Below the pieces are notes generated by a model. The model searched no databases, had not been told where the DNA came from, and saw nothing but the letters and a program-made list of their open reading frames with translations. From assembly GCA_013265495.1 (NCBI GenBank), contig MU057560.1, forward strand, positions 2,912,909 to 2,976,908: 64,000 nt of DNA. The letters run 5' to 3'. The stretch comes from Vicugna vicugna (taxonomy: Eukaryota). Positions 37,949 to 53,629 of the stretch are shown one piece after another. Within the stretch, counting starts at the first letter, position 1. Each line of letters begins with the position of its first letter. The translations under genes and the position numbers were made by a program.

Positions 37949-40900
37949 TAGACGTTCTCCCGCAGGAGCCGGGCGCCCGGGGTGGCCCTGGCGGGCAGGG
38001 GCTCTGTGAGGGCAGGGGCCCCCCACCCCCGGGCTCTCCCTGCCCCATGGGAACTTTCGTGAGAGAGAAGCAGAGGGAGTTGCTTCTGGTTTCCTTTCTG
38101 GCCCTGAAGTTTCCTGGTTCTGTAAATGCAGCTGAAAAGGGAGCTTTAAGAATTAATGAGATGCCATTCAAACAAACATATGAACAAACCAACCTAATTA
38201 CCTCCCCCCAAAAAACAAAAAAGCAAAAAAATTTTAAAAAGAATTGGAGATGCCCAATGTGATTTTCTTGTTTTAATTTCACTAAGTGAAATCTCTTTAT
38301 CTCATAAATTTTGCACTTGGATTTTTTTAATTCACTTTTCTTAAAGTGCAGACTTCATGTTAAATTCCAAAGTGATTTTATCTTAAAGTGGAGGAGAGGG
38401 CGTAACCCCAGCCTGCAGGACGGCGTCACTGCCCCGAGTGGCCGGGGTGATCCCACCTCCACCGGCCCGCGTGGGGCGCCTCTGTCCCCACGTGCCCCTG
38501 GGAGGCGGGCGGGGGTGCTACCACTCCTGCTTAAAGAGCAGGGGTTAGATGACTTGCCCGAGACCCTCAGTCACGGAGTGTGGAGACGAGGTCGGCTGCA
38601 AAGCCCGCCTGGCTCGACCCACTGCCCAAGGTCAGGAAAGGATGGCCACTGGGAGGGGAGGCGGCGGGAGAAGGCCACACTCTGCAACCCACTCACGTCA
38701 GCCTCCGTTCTGCACGCGCCCTTCAGACCCTCATCCATGTGGGAACTGTGGTGAGCTCTGCAGAGTCTGCGTTTCCAGGCAGTACTGTCCCCGATGCGGG
38801 CTTCCAGGTCTGTCTAAGGACCATCACTGCCGTCTTAGGAGCTGTGGTGTCCTGCGTGGGGAGGACCACCAGTCCCGGGGCTGGGTCCCAGCCCTGAGGC
38901 ATCGGGCCAATCCCAACATTTCTGTTAAAGGGAGAGCATTAAGTACACACACACACGCACACAAAAGCACACACAAGCACACATGCGCACACACACACTT
39001 TCCTCCAGGCACGTTGTTTCTTTGGGATGAATCACTTGGAAGGAATCACTGGGCAAATGGCTGAAAACCTCTCTGGTTTTGTCGTTATTTCCCGTCTTTC
39101 GGGAAGGACGTCACCACCCTCATTACACTTTCGTTCCCCTCTCAATAGAAAAGTTACAATCTTTCTAGAAAGTGAGAAATATTTAACTAGACAAAAACAA
39201 GAAAATAAACACCGCCCATGGTCCCACCGCTTAGAGAGAAGCCCGCCGTGCGCGCTGGTGTGTGCATTCTTCTGGCGATTCCTGCGTGTGGGCGTTACCA
39301 GCCCAGCACGCCCCAGCGTGCCTGAGGGTCACCCACCTTGCAGGAGAGCTGGCATCAGTAACAGTGGGCCCCACGGGCCCCCCTCAGCCCGCTCCTGGTT
39401 CTGGGGCATGGGATGGCTTCCCCCTGAAGCCCCGGGCTCTGTGCGTCTGAGAAGGAGCGTTCACTGTCCAAGGGGACTTGTGAGAAAGGGGAGGGAGACT
39501 GAGGCTGAGGGCTCCCGGTAACTCCCCTGACCTACTTGGGCCAGAGCCCTGGGAGCCGCGAAGAGCTGAGTGCCCACATCCTTCTTAAAGGCCGCGGGGT
39601 CCCTGCTCCCTTCCTGGGGTCGGTACCAAGCCTGCTCCCACTGAGAAGCTCCATCGGCTGCTTGAGATGGACAAGCCTCGTCCGAAACCGCGAGCCTCGC
39701 TTGTTCAGACGGAAGCTCCCGCCTGGTCCAGACTGTTCGCTGCTTCTGTGGCCCTGCAGCCTGGGCCCCTCTCTTCACTTGATGCAACGGGGAACTAGTC
39801 AAGTGACAGCAGAACAGGAGCCTGGGACCCACAGCTGCATCTGCAAACAGCTCTCTGCACGTGCCTCGGGCTGGGACGACCAGCAGGAAAGGAGGACCCT
39901 CCCCACCTGAAGGGACGGCACCGGGGCCAGCCCAAGCCTGCAGCCCTGAGCGCTCGCCCCAGGCACGGTCCCCGCCGTGTCTCCACGCAGGGGAAACTCG
40001 TTCCAGGGGTGAGACGGAAAAGCGGGAAGGAAGGGAAGAAAAGAGTAATTTAAAGCTACGTGTATTCAGTGAAGATTTGACGCCTTTGGGTAGATTGTGT
40101 AGCGGGAACCTAAGACTCAGGTGAGGGCAGCAGTCCTGTCCTGTGTCCTGTCTCCTCTGCGGCCCCCCACTCATGGGCCTTCGTCACCACCTCCGCTTTG
40201 CCCGCAGGCGTTCCTTCCCCGCTGTCCCTGCGCCAGCGCTGCCCCCTCCGCCCCAAGCCACTCCCAGTCTTCTGGAGGTTTAGGGACTCCGACTTTCGGG
40301 GCCAAACCCTCTGGCCTTGCCTGCTGAGCCAACGGAAAGACTCCCAGCTGCTCCCAGACCCCCAGGCCCCTGCACCCCGAAGATGCGCTCAGCTTTCTCG
40401 CTGCCCGTTGTCCAGCTTTCCTGGCCTGTTTCCTAGCCCACCTGGACCTTCACCTTGACCACCCACACCTCCAGGAAAGCTGAGCTGAGTCTCAGAGCCG
40501 GGGATCCTCCCTCCCAAGGGTTCTCAGAGCAGCGCCCCTTCCTGTGGTCTCTGAAGGCGAGACCCAGGGCTCCATCTGTGTCTGGCCCCGGACTGCCTGC
40601 AGAGGGCCTCCCGTCACAGACATCTGACTGATCCTTACACAGTTTGGTTGATTTGAGAAGTAAATAGGCTAAGTTGATGGAACCAGAGCGAATGTGCTGC
40701 TGACTGAGTAACAGAGTCAACATAAAAGGGCATTTGGGTGCAAACACTGAGGGAGCCTCCGCACCTGCTCCTGTAAGTCGAAAATCATTTCCCAAAAGAG
40801 AGTTTGAAATTCCCCTCTGAGGTACATGTACAGATGGACACACACACACAAAACAAGACCGAATGTTAGTGAGTGTCTGACTGAGCGTTCTTCCATTTTA

Positions 40901-41286
40901 GTATTCTATCTCAAGTCTAGAAAAATGAAAGGCCACCCGGTAAAGATGCTGGAAGTGCGTGTTAGTGTTTGTCAAAACACACCACTGCGTGTTCCGTTCT
41001 GCTGTCGGCTGGATAAACAAGTGTCCGCCTGGCCTCCTCTCTCTGCGCCCTAGAGAGCCCGTCTCATTTCCTCGCGTGCTGGGAAGGCGGTTCTCACGCG
41101 CCCTTCCCGGGGCTGGTTCTTGCTCTGAACCGCCGCAGAGGAGACGCCCGGGGTGAGGCTCTTTCCCGTGTTCACCTGCCCGAGCTCTAAAAAGAGAAAG
41201 GGAAAAGTGGGGAGAGCTGAGTGTTCCGTCCTGTGCTTTTGCATCTCCCAGGCTGGCGCCCTGGCCGCCCCCTCGGGGCTGCGTAG

Positions 41287-41703
<417 letters not shown>

Positions 41704-42059
41704 TGATCCAGCATGTGGTCGCTTGCCGGGCACCGAGGAGGCGCGCGCCCGGGCCGGGCCGGTTGCCCGCGGCCCTGGGTCGCACCGGTGTGGGCGCACA
41801 GGGCTCGTGGAGGGAGGCGCACCCTTCCCTCAGCACTCCCCGAGCAGCACCTCCGGCTGCTCGCGGGACGTGGAGACAGAGAGCCCTGGGCTCGTCTGCT
41901 TCCTGCTGTCCCTAAGACAGCGCTCTCGTCTTCACCGGCTTCCTTTACGAGCCGCCCCAGCACAGACCAAGCCGGGGCCGGTGGCAGCTGCCCGGAGTGC
42001 TCAGGACTTCTGAGCAGCTCCGTGTCCCCCTCCCCGTGTTCTCAAGCCGGGACGCTCAT

Positions 42060-42200
42060 TACATTCATCTGGGGAGGTTTGAAAAATGCCAGCACCCAGG
42101 GCTGCACCCCAGACCAGTGAAGTCAGACTCCCTGGAGCTCTTCGCTGTGTGTGGCATTTTTAAAAGGCCACCGCTGATTCTCTGGGCAGCCACCTCTGCT
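42060..42200. mobile_element. MER5A-like hAT DNA transposon remnant
   Basis: gggaggtttgaaaaatgccagcacccagggctgcaccccagaccagtgaagtcagactccctgg...gcatttttaaaaggccaccgctgattct matches recalled MER5A. Confidence 0.7.
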
Positions 42201-45200
42201 GGGACCGCCGGCCTCCTCCCGGCAGGGCGGCCCGGGTGCGGAGCCCCGGGTGCCACTGTCCCGGCGTAGCTCGGTCCTTGGCCGTGCTCACAGCTGCCAC
42301 CGTGGCCACCAACAAAACAGACCCCGGGGAGCAGACACAGGCCCCGTGCTTCGCAGGAAAGGTAGTTCACTTTCACTCACGCGTGCCTGAACGCACCGCC
42401 GCGGCGTGAGCGGAGACAGACTAGCTCCCAGGTCCCCGCGGGGCCGACGCGGTAAGTAGCCGAACCGCAAGCGGGAAGGCTGCGTGCCTTCGCTGTTCCT
42501 TGCTTATCTAACCACGTTTCTGCTTTAACTTCCAGGAGGCAGGGGCTCGGTCGGCACGTGTCACCGACAGGGTCGTGGGTTACGGTGGGGGTAGGAGTCT
42601 CGCCTGGGGGTCTCCGGCAGAGGCCAGGAGACAGGTTTCTGATGCTCTGAAAACGGTATTTATTAAAATCACGTCATACCAGCAACTCCCACGTAAACTG
42701 AATGTCTGGGGACGTCCTAGCCCTTCTGCCCACTGGCACGAGTCGCTGCGCGTCCTTCTGCGTCGTTTCAGCTGTCTTACCTTAACGCCAGTTAATCCGC
42801 GCAGTGAGGACGCGTCACGTCGCTTGATGCGCCTCGTATTGATCATCCTTGCGCACGTCATCCTTAGAATATCGGACAGAGACAAAGGTGGGAAAGAGGG
42901 AGCGGTTTAGGGTGTAACAGAAATTAATAATTTGGGGGTGTTGCAATAATAATTTGTCATAACTTCATTCGTCTGATTGCAAATGAAGGCCCGGGAGAGC
43001 CTGGATGCAGACTTAAGAACTCTGCTGACGGGTCCCGTCACTGGCGTTGGGTAGCGCCGGACGAGCAATCTACCGGAAGTTCACGTCCACACGCCTCCTG
43101 GCTCCCTTCACCGGCGGGCCTGGTGGGACCCCGGGTGACGTCGCGCGGGGCAGGGCACGTTTTACTGGCCGCAGCCTCTTCCCCTGAGGAGCTGTGGGAC
43201 GCGGGCGAACGCCTCCTGTGTGCAAGTCTCAAGAGCAGAGGTGATCTGGTGTCCACCCTGCCGGCCCCACGGGGCTGTGTGCAGACGGTGGGCCGGTCCA
43301 AAGGGGCGTCCGTTAGGGGCATCCCCTCACCTGCCCAGAAGAAGTACCAGCTGACCCACAGATAAACAGGGACACGCGACAGAAGCCTCGGCGTCGGGGC
43401 ATCCAGAGACCACGGAGAAGCAAAGCAGCCTTTGCCGAGAGGAAGACGACAAGTCTGTTTCTCTCCTGCTGGATCCACCTGACGGATTTTAAAACCTCAA
43501 GGGAAGTGCCCGCTAAGGATGAGGTTGGCTGGGCCAGTTTCCTGGGGGACGTGAACCGACAGGAGCCACCCCCGGGTGTGGGCACCAGGAGCAGTCACCC
43601 CAGAATGACCTGCACTGGCTCTCACCCCCCAGAGGGCTCCCCAGGTCTTGCCCCCCGTGCACGAGGAACTGGGTCGCTGCTCCTGAAGAAGGACAGTACA
43701 GTTGGCCTCCTGGGGGGGCCAGGGTGCATAACGTCTAGGAGCGAGGGGCTGGGCCCGGACATGCAGGACAGGATAGAGAAGTGGCTGGGTCTCACGCCTG
43801 GCATTCCAGCAGCTGGGATCAGAAACACTCAACAGATGCCGACTTAACAACCACGTTCCTCCAGACACTCCCCAGCTGCTGTCTGTCTGTCTCTCTGTCC
43901 ACATGTCTGTCTGTCCCTCCCCACCTCCCTCCTTCCCTCCGTCAGCCTAGCCATCTGCCCGCTCATCCCTCTGCATCGTCGGTCTCTGCTCCCCTCCTCG
44001 CAACAGGCCGCAAGGAGGGACTGCGGCAAATAGGGGACAGTGAAGCGGGCACCCACCCCCGTGAGCCACGGCGCCCGTGCTGCCCGGAGGACGCTGCCCG
44101 AGCTTCACAGGAGAGGCACGAAGCTCGGGAGGAGTCACTGGAAGGCGGGAACCCCACAGGCTGGTGGGAACTGCCGGTGGGCTGGTGAGGCTGGACCTGG
44201 AGACGTGAGGAAATAGCTCTGTGTCCCCTGCCGTGGGGAAGGGACGCAGAGACCCGTGAGCACTGCCGGCCCCTCCCCTGCCTCCCCCGGTGCCGGTTGT
44301 TTTGGGTGAGCCCTTACAGTTTTAAATAGTCGGGAAAAAAGAAGATTATGTGACCTGTAAAAGCGACGTGGAATTCTAACGTCAGCGTTCGTATGTGGTC
44401 TCACCGGCACACACCCGCTCCAGGTCCTGGCAGAGGCCTCCCCACCAGGCCTGGACCACAGCCAGGACCTGGGCCCGAGACTTTCCCACCCAGGCTGCGA
44501 CATCCCCGCTGTGTCTCCGGGCAAGTTGTCACCATCCTCCAGGTTTGTTGAAAACCCGTACGTTCCAGCCCGAAGTGGCGCCTCTCAGGAGCCTCCCTTT
44601 GGGTTATTGCCAAATTGTAAATCATCCTGAGCTTAAAACTTCTTGACCATCTTTGAACTCCCTCTTTGCTTCACAAACACCTCACTCTGACGTGCCCACC
44701 GCCCCGTCTTCTGCGCCCGCCCTGGCCAGGCCTCACCCCCAGGTGCCTCTCACGGACCTGCCCCCGCAGCCGCCCGCTGGCCCTCCGCACCCAGCACTGA
44801 GCCTCCGGACCAGGGCCTCCCTCCCTGCACGTGCCCTCGACCTGCCACTGGGCTCTCCCACTCTCTGCTCTGCCTCTGGAAGCTTCTCCGCCGCCAGCTC
44901 TGTCTGGCAGATGCCCACCTGCTCTCAGGCCTCTGGCTAACTTCCTAGGGCTGTTTGTGCGAAACAGGGTGCCCAGGCCCCGCCCCGCAGCTCTGGGCCC
45001 ACCTCGGCCCTTCCACACTCGCCTTCCCCTGGACCGCCTCCCCTGGGGTCAGAGGCCTTGGCTTCAGACTCAGGCCCACAGGCCGGTGCCCAGGCAGACA
45101 GGGCCGGGCCGAGAATCGTCCGCAAGCGAGTGGGTGGGAGCCGACCAAGAGGCCCGACCTGCGCTGGACACGTCAGGCCTTGCGAGCAAACTGTTCAAGT

Positions 45201-48200
45201 GTCACCTAACAGGCCTCCTCACAAGGAAGCTCCGTCCCTTCCACTCAGGACTCCGCGTCCAGATTCCAGGTTACCTGGGGAGAGCACCACTGTGAACCCA
45301 CGCCAAGCCCGGGAGCCAGCGCTACGGATGACGGACCAGGCCCGAGGCGCGGGTCCCACCTGGGGGGGGCGAGCCCTCGTGAAGCAGCCCTCTGGGCTGA
45401 TTTCCTTGTTGTCTGGCGGGCGTGGAAGTCAGATGGGGAGGACACACTTACCTGCCCCCTGCAGGAGAGAGTCAGCACCTGAGGGGGGAGAGAGACACGC
45501 TTAGTAAGACTCCTGCAGGCGGGGAAGGTGGTGGTTCAGGTTCCAAATTTCTCACATTTCATCACTTTGAATCCCATGTAGCGTTCGTTTTCCCACACGA
45601 GAGGGTGGAGAACTTGAAGAAGTATTTCTCAATGTGGTGTACGATCCGGTGGACATCTGACACTATAAATCAAACAGTCGCTCTAGGGTAAAAGCAGTTT
45701 TATCTTGAAATTTCAGGGATGTGCTGGCTCCTGGAGGAACATTAGCAGATTTTGTCTGAGGAGTCATTGGAAAATGATTTGATTGAAAATAGCTCTGTTT
45801 GCCAAGAGAAAAGGTGCATTTTGACTTTGATAAAGGGGGGCTCTCCTGGTGCTGGGGAGGCGGGTGGGGGGCATCCACCTTTCAGCTGTGTAGACCTTTA
45901 TTTCCACGTGGAACAAAACAAGGCGTGATTGACTGCTTTCAGTGAAAGGATGTGTGTGAAACGGATGTGGTCCTGGCTTTCCTCCTGGGTCGCTCGAGCT
46001 GACGGGCCCATCAGTAAACTGTTCGCAGTTCTGTCACCTGATGAAGTCTGCACAAGTCCCATCAACTCGGCAAAATCCAGAGGAAGCAGAGTCTTTGGGT
46101 CAGAACATCTGGAAAAGCAGAGCCCTTTACCAATTTGCTGCAACCGGTTACTTAGACATACACGTCCTATTTCCTTTCTCTTAGAAATTGAAATGCCCTC
46201 ATTTCAAAACTAAACTTACTTTTCTTACTTATTTGGACCACATTTCTCTTCCTGAACCAGTGGCTAGTCCTCACCAGGGAAAAAGATCCCTCATAAGTAT
46301 TGTTTCATTTTCCCCAGTTTTTACATTCCTATCTTTACAACAAAATTGTAAACGATGTAAAGCCACAGACTTTGGCCCACCTGGGGAGTCTCGTGAGCTG
46401 TAGGTGGCATCGCCGCCTTAGTTGGTTTACAAAACCCGCTGGGCAGGTCCTGTTGGAGGGCTCTCCCTGCCCTGTGGCCGTCTCTGCTCAGACCCCGGAC
46501 CACTGCTACCCACTGCTCCATCTGCCGCTTTGACAGTGTGCATTCACAGAGGAGCTTAGAGGAGGGGAGGCCAGACACTGGACAGGTGTGGGGACGGGTC
46601 CTCAGGGCCCAGCTAACTCCGATTAGCAGAATGAAAGTAACTCCCTTGTAAGTTAACCCTCGTGCTCAGCGGGTTTGAGGGTGTAGAACTGACCCCCGTC
46701 CATGCAAGGAGCTGCGACGAGGCCCGGGAGCCAGCAGCCTCCCCGGGGCCGCCTTGCACTCGGAGCACCACTGAGCCACATCCTCAGAGCCAGGGAAGCT
46801 CAGTCTTCTGCCAAAGTCAAAGTGTATCAGCGGTGAAAGCTTAGGTCTTCTTTCACTTGTATCCGAATAAGGTGCCTTGGGGTAGTTCTTGGTGGTGCTG
46901 TGATGACTGACCACGTGGGCTGGAGGCTGTGTTCACTTCCTCTGGTCGGAGGGCACCTGAGGGTGGTGCCCAGGTCGCAGGCACGGTAATGACAACGTGG
47001 GGACAGGAGAGCAGCAGCAGGCTGCAGGGTCCCTCCCCCACTTTCAGCAACGGGTGGCTCACCCCCAGCGTTACCCAGGTGGGGTGAGGCCATGAGGACC
47101 CTGCCCGAGCACCCCTATCCCTGGCTCCCCCTCGGCCTCGAGCTGTCACGGGGAAGGGGCTGAGCTCCCTTCAGGAAGCAGATGCTGACAGAGGGGACAG
47201 GGTGCTGTGGGGAGAGGCATCTCCCGGTGGGGGGGGGTCTCCAGACACCCTCGAGGTTCCCCTGGGAGCGATTCCTCCCACTGCAGGGACAGGTGTGCCC
47301 CCAACCTCTGGGCCAGGTGCCCCCTGTGCCTTTAAGGAGCTGTGCCCATCTGGACCAGTCCCCACTCTGGTGCTAAAGGGGGTTTTTAAGCTGCTCTGGA
47401 GACCACACTTGCTCCTCGTACCTGTCTGGCTGTTAGGGAGCCTGGCTGTGCAGAGCCAAGCTGGTGCTGCGGACAGCCCTTCCCACACAAGGGGTGGGGC
47501 AGCGGGCCACGCAGACGTCTGCGCACCATGAGTGCCTTAACACTTGTCTTGGTTTTCCTGAGCTCACAGGTGTGTGCGGGTCTGTGCCCTTGGGCTGTGC
47601 CCCTTCACCCGGGTGGCCGTTTATTAGAATCACAGAGGGAAGGGGAGTTTCAGTCCCATGGCCTGCCCTTTACCCTTGCCAGAATGCCACTTCCTACAGT
47701 GCAGGAGCTCATGGGTCCCCAGGGGGCCCAGGACCTGTGCAGCTCGGTCACCTGCACAGGATGGTGCCGCCTCCTGGCTGCAGAGAGCAGCCAGCCTCCA
47801 GAGGAATGCGTGGGCAGCAGGGTCCTCATACCGCTCACCCGAGAGCAGATGAGCGGTCATGATGGGACCCTCCCCCGGGCCGTGGTGACCAGGCTGGTGC
47901 GGCCACTTACCCCCCACATCCTGGGGCCCAGCCCCAACCAAGAGTGTGCCTTTAACGGATTGCGTAATGTGCCCTGCACCCTGCTGGAGACACGGTGCGC
48001 TCTTCCCGCCAGTCCCGGCTCTGCCCATCCAAAAAGACACAAGTGAAAAAAGGGAAAGGGGGGAAGGCAGGCTTTTTCCTCTAGGACCGAGCTCTGGGTG
48101 GCGCCCTGTCCCCCTTGGCACCGTCGCACAGGTGTGGACGCACAGGGCGGGCGGGCGGGGGGCTCTGCTGCTGCTGCGGGCCTGGGCGGGGGCCCCGAGT

Positions 48201-48224
48201 CATCCCGGTCCCCTGTCTCCCCAG

Positions 48225-48835
<611 letters not shown>

Positions 48836-50634
48836 TGAACTTGACCCGCCGCGGTCAAGCGGAACGCAGGGTGTGCCGCACGCCCAGAGCCGGGAACAAA
48901 GGGAGCGAAAAGGCGCCGCTTCCGCGCGGGCTCGCAGTCATGCGGTTACGGCCGGCGTTCATCACGCAGAGCGCCAGAGAGGCTCAAGCGCTGTGCAGTG
49001 CTTCTAGCGGTTCTGTGCCTTTGACGTCCGTGTGCGCGGCCCCTTGCTGGTGCTGAGCGCAGGGCAGCGCGTTGTGAGCCCCGCAGAGCTCGGAGCTGCC
49101 TGGCGAGGGCGGCCGCTAGGTGGCCGGAGATGCGGCGGCGCGAGCGCACTGTGCTCTCTGGGCACAGGACAGTGAGCGGCAGGCTGGCCGGGCGCCTCCT
49201 CTCCTGAACAAAGGGTCTCTCCCCATTGCCGAGCGCTGCTCGCCGTGCACCCGAGCTCCCAACACTGACCGTAGTTGTTACAAATAAGTGTAATTTGTAT
49301 GAATGGAGAAAGGTCAGTAATTTTACGTTTTGCCAATGCTTTCGGTCCTATTTATATTTTTATTCCTAGATTTTGGAGACGTGGCAGGGGCATGCAGTTT
49401 CCATGGTAATCAGGGCAGCTAAAATGCAAGGCTAGCACGGAGGAGATCCTGTGGCAAGGGGAAAGAGACAGTAACCCCTTCCAGTTTTTTTCACTTTATT
49501 AAATTTGAACTAAGACCGGGAGAATTATCATCAATGTGAAGGCTAAATTAGCCTGAAAGCTTGAAACCAGGGGTGCACTTTGACAAGAAGAGTTCAGGCG
49601 GAATAATACGCTGTAATTTATCAAGGTAACAGCCCAAGATGGGGCTTTCATTCCAAGCGTCTTCCCTCTGCTGCTACATTCAGAGGAAGGAGCTGCCAGG
49701 CATCCGAGTAGGCAGCGGCTTTCACGCCAGCTCTGGAATCAAATTTATGCTCAGGGGAGTGTAATTCTCTGCTTGAAACTGAGGCTTGTCAGGGTATTTT
49801 GGTTTTTCTAATTCTGCCCTCCCTGTGTCCTTCCTTGTCTCCCTCCTCCTGAGAGGCAGGCACTGAAGAATTCTTCATCTGTTTAAAGCAGCATTAAAAA
49901 AAAAAAAAACCCTCGCCCTGCACCTCTTCGGTCTTTTAAATGCTGGTTGACTAAACTGCAGGTTTGCTGGAAGCTGGAGTAGGTGAGCCTGTGGTCACTG
50001 CCGCAGGGGTGTTCTGGACTGGGATTGTACCTCGCCTGGCTTGACATGAGAGATTTTCTTCGTCATAGGATTCTGTCTTGGGAAGTAAATTCTGGTCCCT
50101 CTCCTCCCTCCATCCCATGGGATTCTTGTATTCTCCTCCCCTCCGAGTCTTGATGTATTAGCATCAGCAAAACCACAGGAGAATTTGAAGTCCATACGTT
50201 TTAAGTACACACAATCCATACACATATGCACACATACATTGCTGATCTCTTAAGATATATTTGAGCTGGAACAGAATTGAAATTAGGCACTGGGGTTTCC
50301 TCGTGGTCAGCTTGTTTCTAAGAGCAGAGCTGCATGAGGAAAAAGAGAAGATACCGATCCATGGTAGTCAGTGAGGGATGATGCACAGGTAGGTGAGAGA
50401 GAGGGACTGGTGATGACAGGTAAGTGAAGGGGTGGACCCGCGCACCTGCCGGCCGGCAGCATAACAAGGTGGGAGAGCGGCTGCGTGCAGGGACCGCCAC
50501 GGGCCCCGCTCTCCTGGGAGCTCCTGCAGATGACGCTGCAGGGAGGGGTCTCGAGTCTGGATTCTGTCCGGGCGGAGGGCAGGGCTGCGGCCGGGGGGGT
50601 GGACTCGCAGGCTGACTGTGTCCTCTGTCCGCAG

Positions 50635-50871
50635 AACCCCGACATGGAGGTGGATGAGAACGGAACCCTGGACCTGAGCATGAACAAGCAGCGGCCGCGG
50701 GAGGGCTGCTGCCCCATCCTCACGCCCCTGGAGCCCATGTCCCCCCAGCGGCAGGCGGCGATGGACAGCCGGTGCTTCCAGCTGGGCGAGGGGGACTGCT
50801 GGGACTTGCCCGTAGACTACACCAAAATGAAACCCCGGAGGGTGGATGAGGACGAGTCCAAAGAGATTACT
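50635..50871 (+). CDS. MYT1L: MYT1L coding exon (about exon 16)
   Basis: Acceptor tcctctgtccgcag|AAC CCC GAC ATG, donor ATT ACT|gtatgt; 237 nt; [20 protein letters not shown]...[24 protein letters not shown]. Confidence 0.96.
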
Positions 50872-52372
50872 GTATGTCCTTTTCGTTGCCCCGCTCTGTC
50901 CATGCAGCATGCGAAGCTGGCATCAGCTGAGGGAAATAGTGTTGGCATGTACCCTAACAGAACGTGTCTTCTCTTTAAACACGGCCTTTAGCTGCCTAGG
51001 GCTTCTGGTCCACCCAGGAGAGATTTGTGACGAGCATTGATTGGAGTGAAACCAAACCACGGACTCTTCCAAATAATGAATTTTCTTTCTTACCAAGTGC
51101 GTTTATTACAGACGGTATCTCTAAGAACATGTGTAAGCAGCTACCAGTTTCATTTTTCCACGGCTGACGTATTGACACGATGTGGAATTTTTCTTGCAGA
51201 TAGAAAATGATTATGAGGGTCTTGAATACTTAAATGGTCCCCTCTGTGCTATAAATCCGCTGGCTCTCTGAAGCTAAGGACAGGGTCTGTTCTCTAAGAA
51301 ACGTGAAGTATTCAGGAGAGGATCCTCCAGCCTGGGGTAGATCTTTTTAGCACAGTCACCTACACCTTTGCTGCCTATAATACGACCAAAGCATCTGTGC
51401 CAAGAACATATTTTTGAAGTAGTTACAACTTTCAAATCCAGATTATCAAAATAGTTATAATAGCCTGTAGGCTAAGAAAAGAAATGGGAAAAAATGTTCA
51501 TTATTTGACTTTTTGTCCAGTGTTCAAGTCTGCAAATTATGACGTCTTCTTTATTCCCTGAAAGTGGAAATTCTTTTTGAACACAGCAGAGACCCCATCA
51601 AAGCCACAACAGCTACAGAAACGGGGAGGTGGGGAAACGGGGAGCGCTGGCCGTTTGTGGGAACTGGCAGGGAAGGCACCTGCTTATGAGGCCGTTGCTT
51701 CCAAAGACTGTTACCTTTATCTTTCAAATTGACTTCAGTATCCAGGCGCCTTAGAGGAGAACAGAATCTGAGTGGCAAGCTGAATTCCTAAAGTATTTTT
51801 GCCTCTCCTGCAGCGTTAAGTCGTCACTACCAAATACGGCATGGTAGCTGAATCTCTGAATTTATTTTAATGAAAGTTAAGCCCTCATAAAGCAACAGCA
51901 ACGTTTCTATCCAACGAGGGTCACACGGGTGCAAAGTCGGGCTCTCAAAGCACTTTTGCTGAACACCGCCACCTACAGGAATGCCTAGGTTACTGCCAGG
52001 GGCCCCGCTTAGCCAGAGCACCCGCTTCCTGCAGAGAGGAAAGTGCGTGAGGGTCCTTTGAAGTGGCAGCGCGAGTCTAAGCTGGCCTCCCCTTGCCTGG
52101 GGCTGGCGCACGCGTGTAGAGCACTCGCCAGGGGCCTGAGGAGCCCCGTCTGAGGTATCTTTGGGTGAAGTGCTTACGCCCTGCCCTCCGGTGGCAGAAA
52201 GTACCGTGTGTGGAACCCGGGTGAGTGGTTGCTGGTTGCCAGACCACTTAACCTGTCCCTCCAGTCAGTGCAGCTGCAGGAATCTAAAAAACGAGTTTTG
52301 AGTTTGCCCACCAAAATGCTACCCTCATTTTAGGAATTTAGAGCAATGATGAGAAATTAAAGTCCACCATAG

Positions 52373-52687
<315 letters not shown>

Positions 52688-52949
52688 TAAGCACAACGGG
52701 AGGTGAAATTAGCCTCTTCCGAACGTTCCCTTTATTTGGCTTAATTTTAAACCGGGTCTGTATATGCCTTGCCGTTTGAGCATGTGACGTGCGCAGCGTA
52801 CAGTGTCCCCAGCGCAGCCGAGTAGAGTGAGAGGCGGCCGTGGACGCTTGTTCTGAGCGATGCTCTGTGCTGTGGAGACGCCACCCTCGTGTGACCCCGT
52901 GCCCCGCAGCTCCCCTGCAGGTGTCACCCCGTGCAGACATTGCAGCTAA

Positions 52950-53255
<306 letters not shown>

Positions 53256-53407
53256 TAATGTCTTTTATTTGGAAACAAACCCCCGAAATTTTTTTTACAA
53301 AATTATTTACAAACATTTCAACCAAAGAGCTCAAATAGTTTAATCTCATTTTTCAAATGGTTTATGAACAGACACGTTTTCATAAATTAATCTGCAAATC
53401 TTAATAA

Positions 53408-53629
<222 letters not shown>
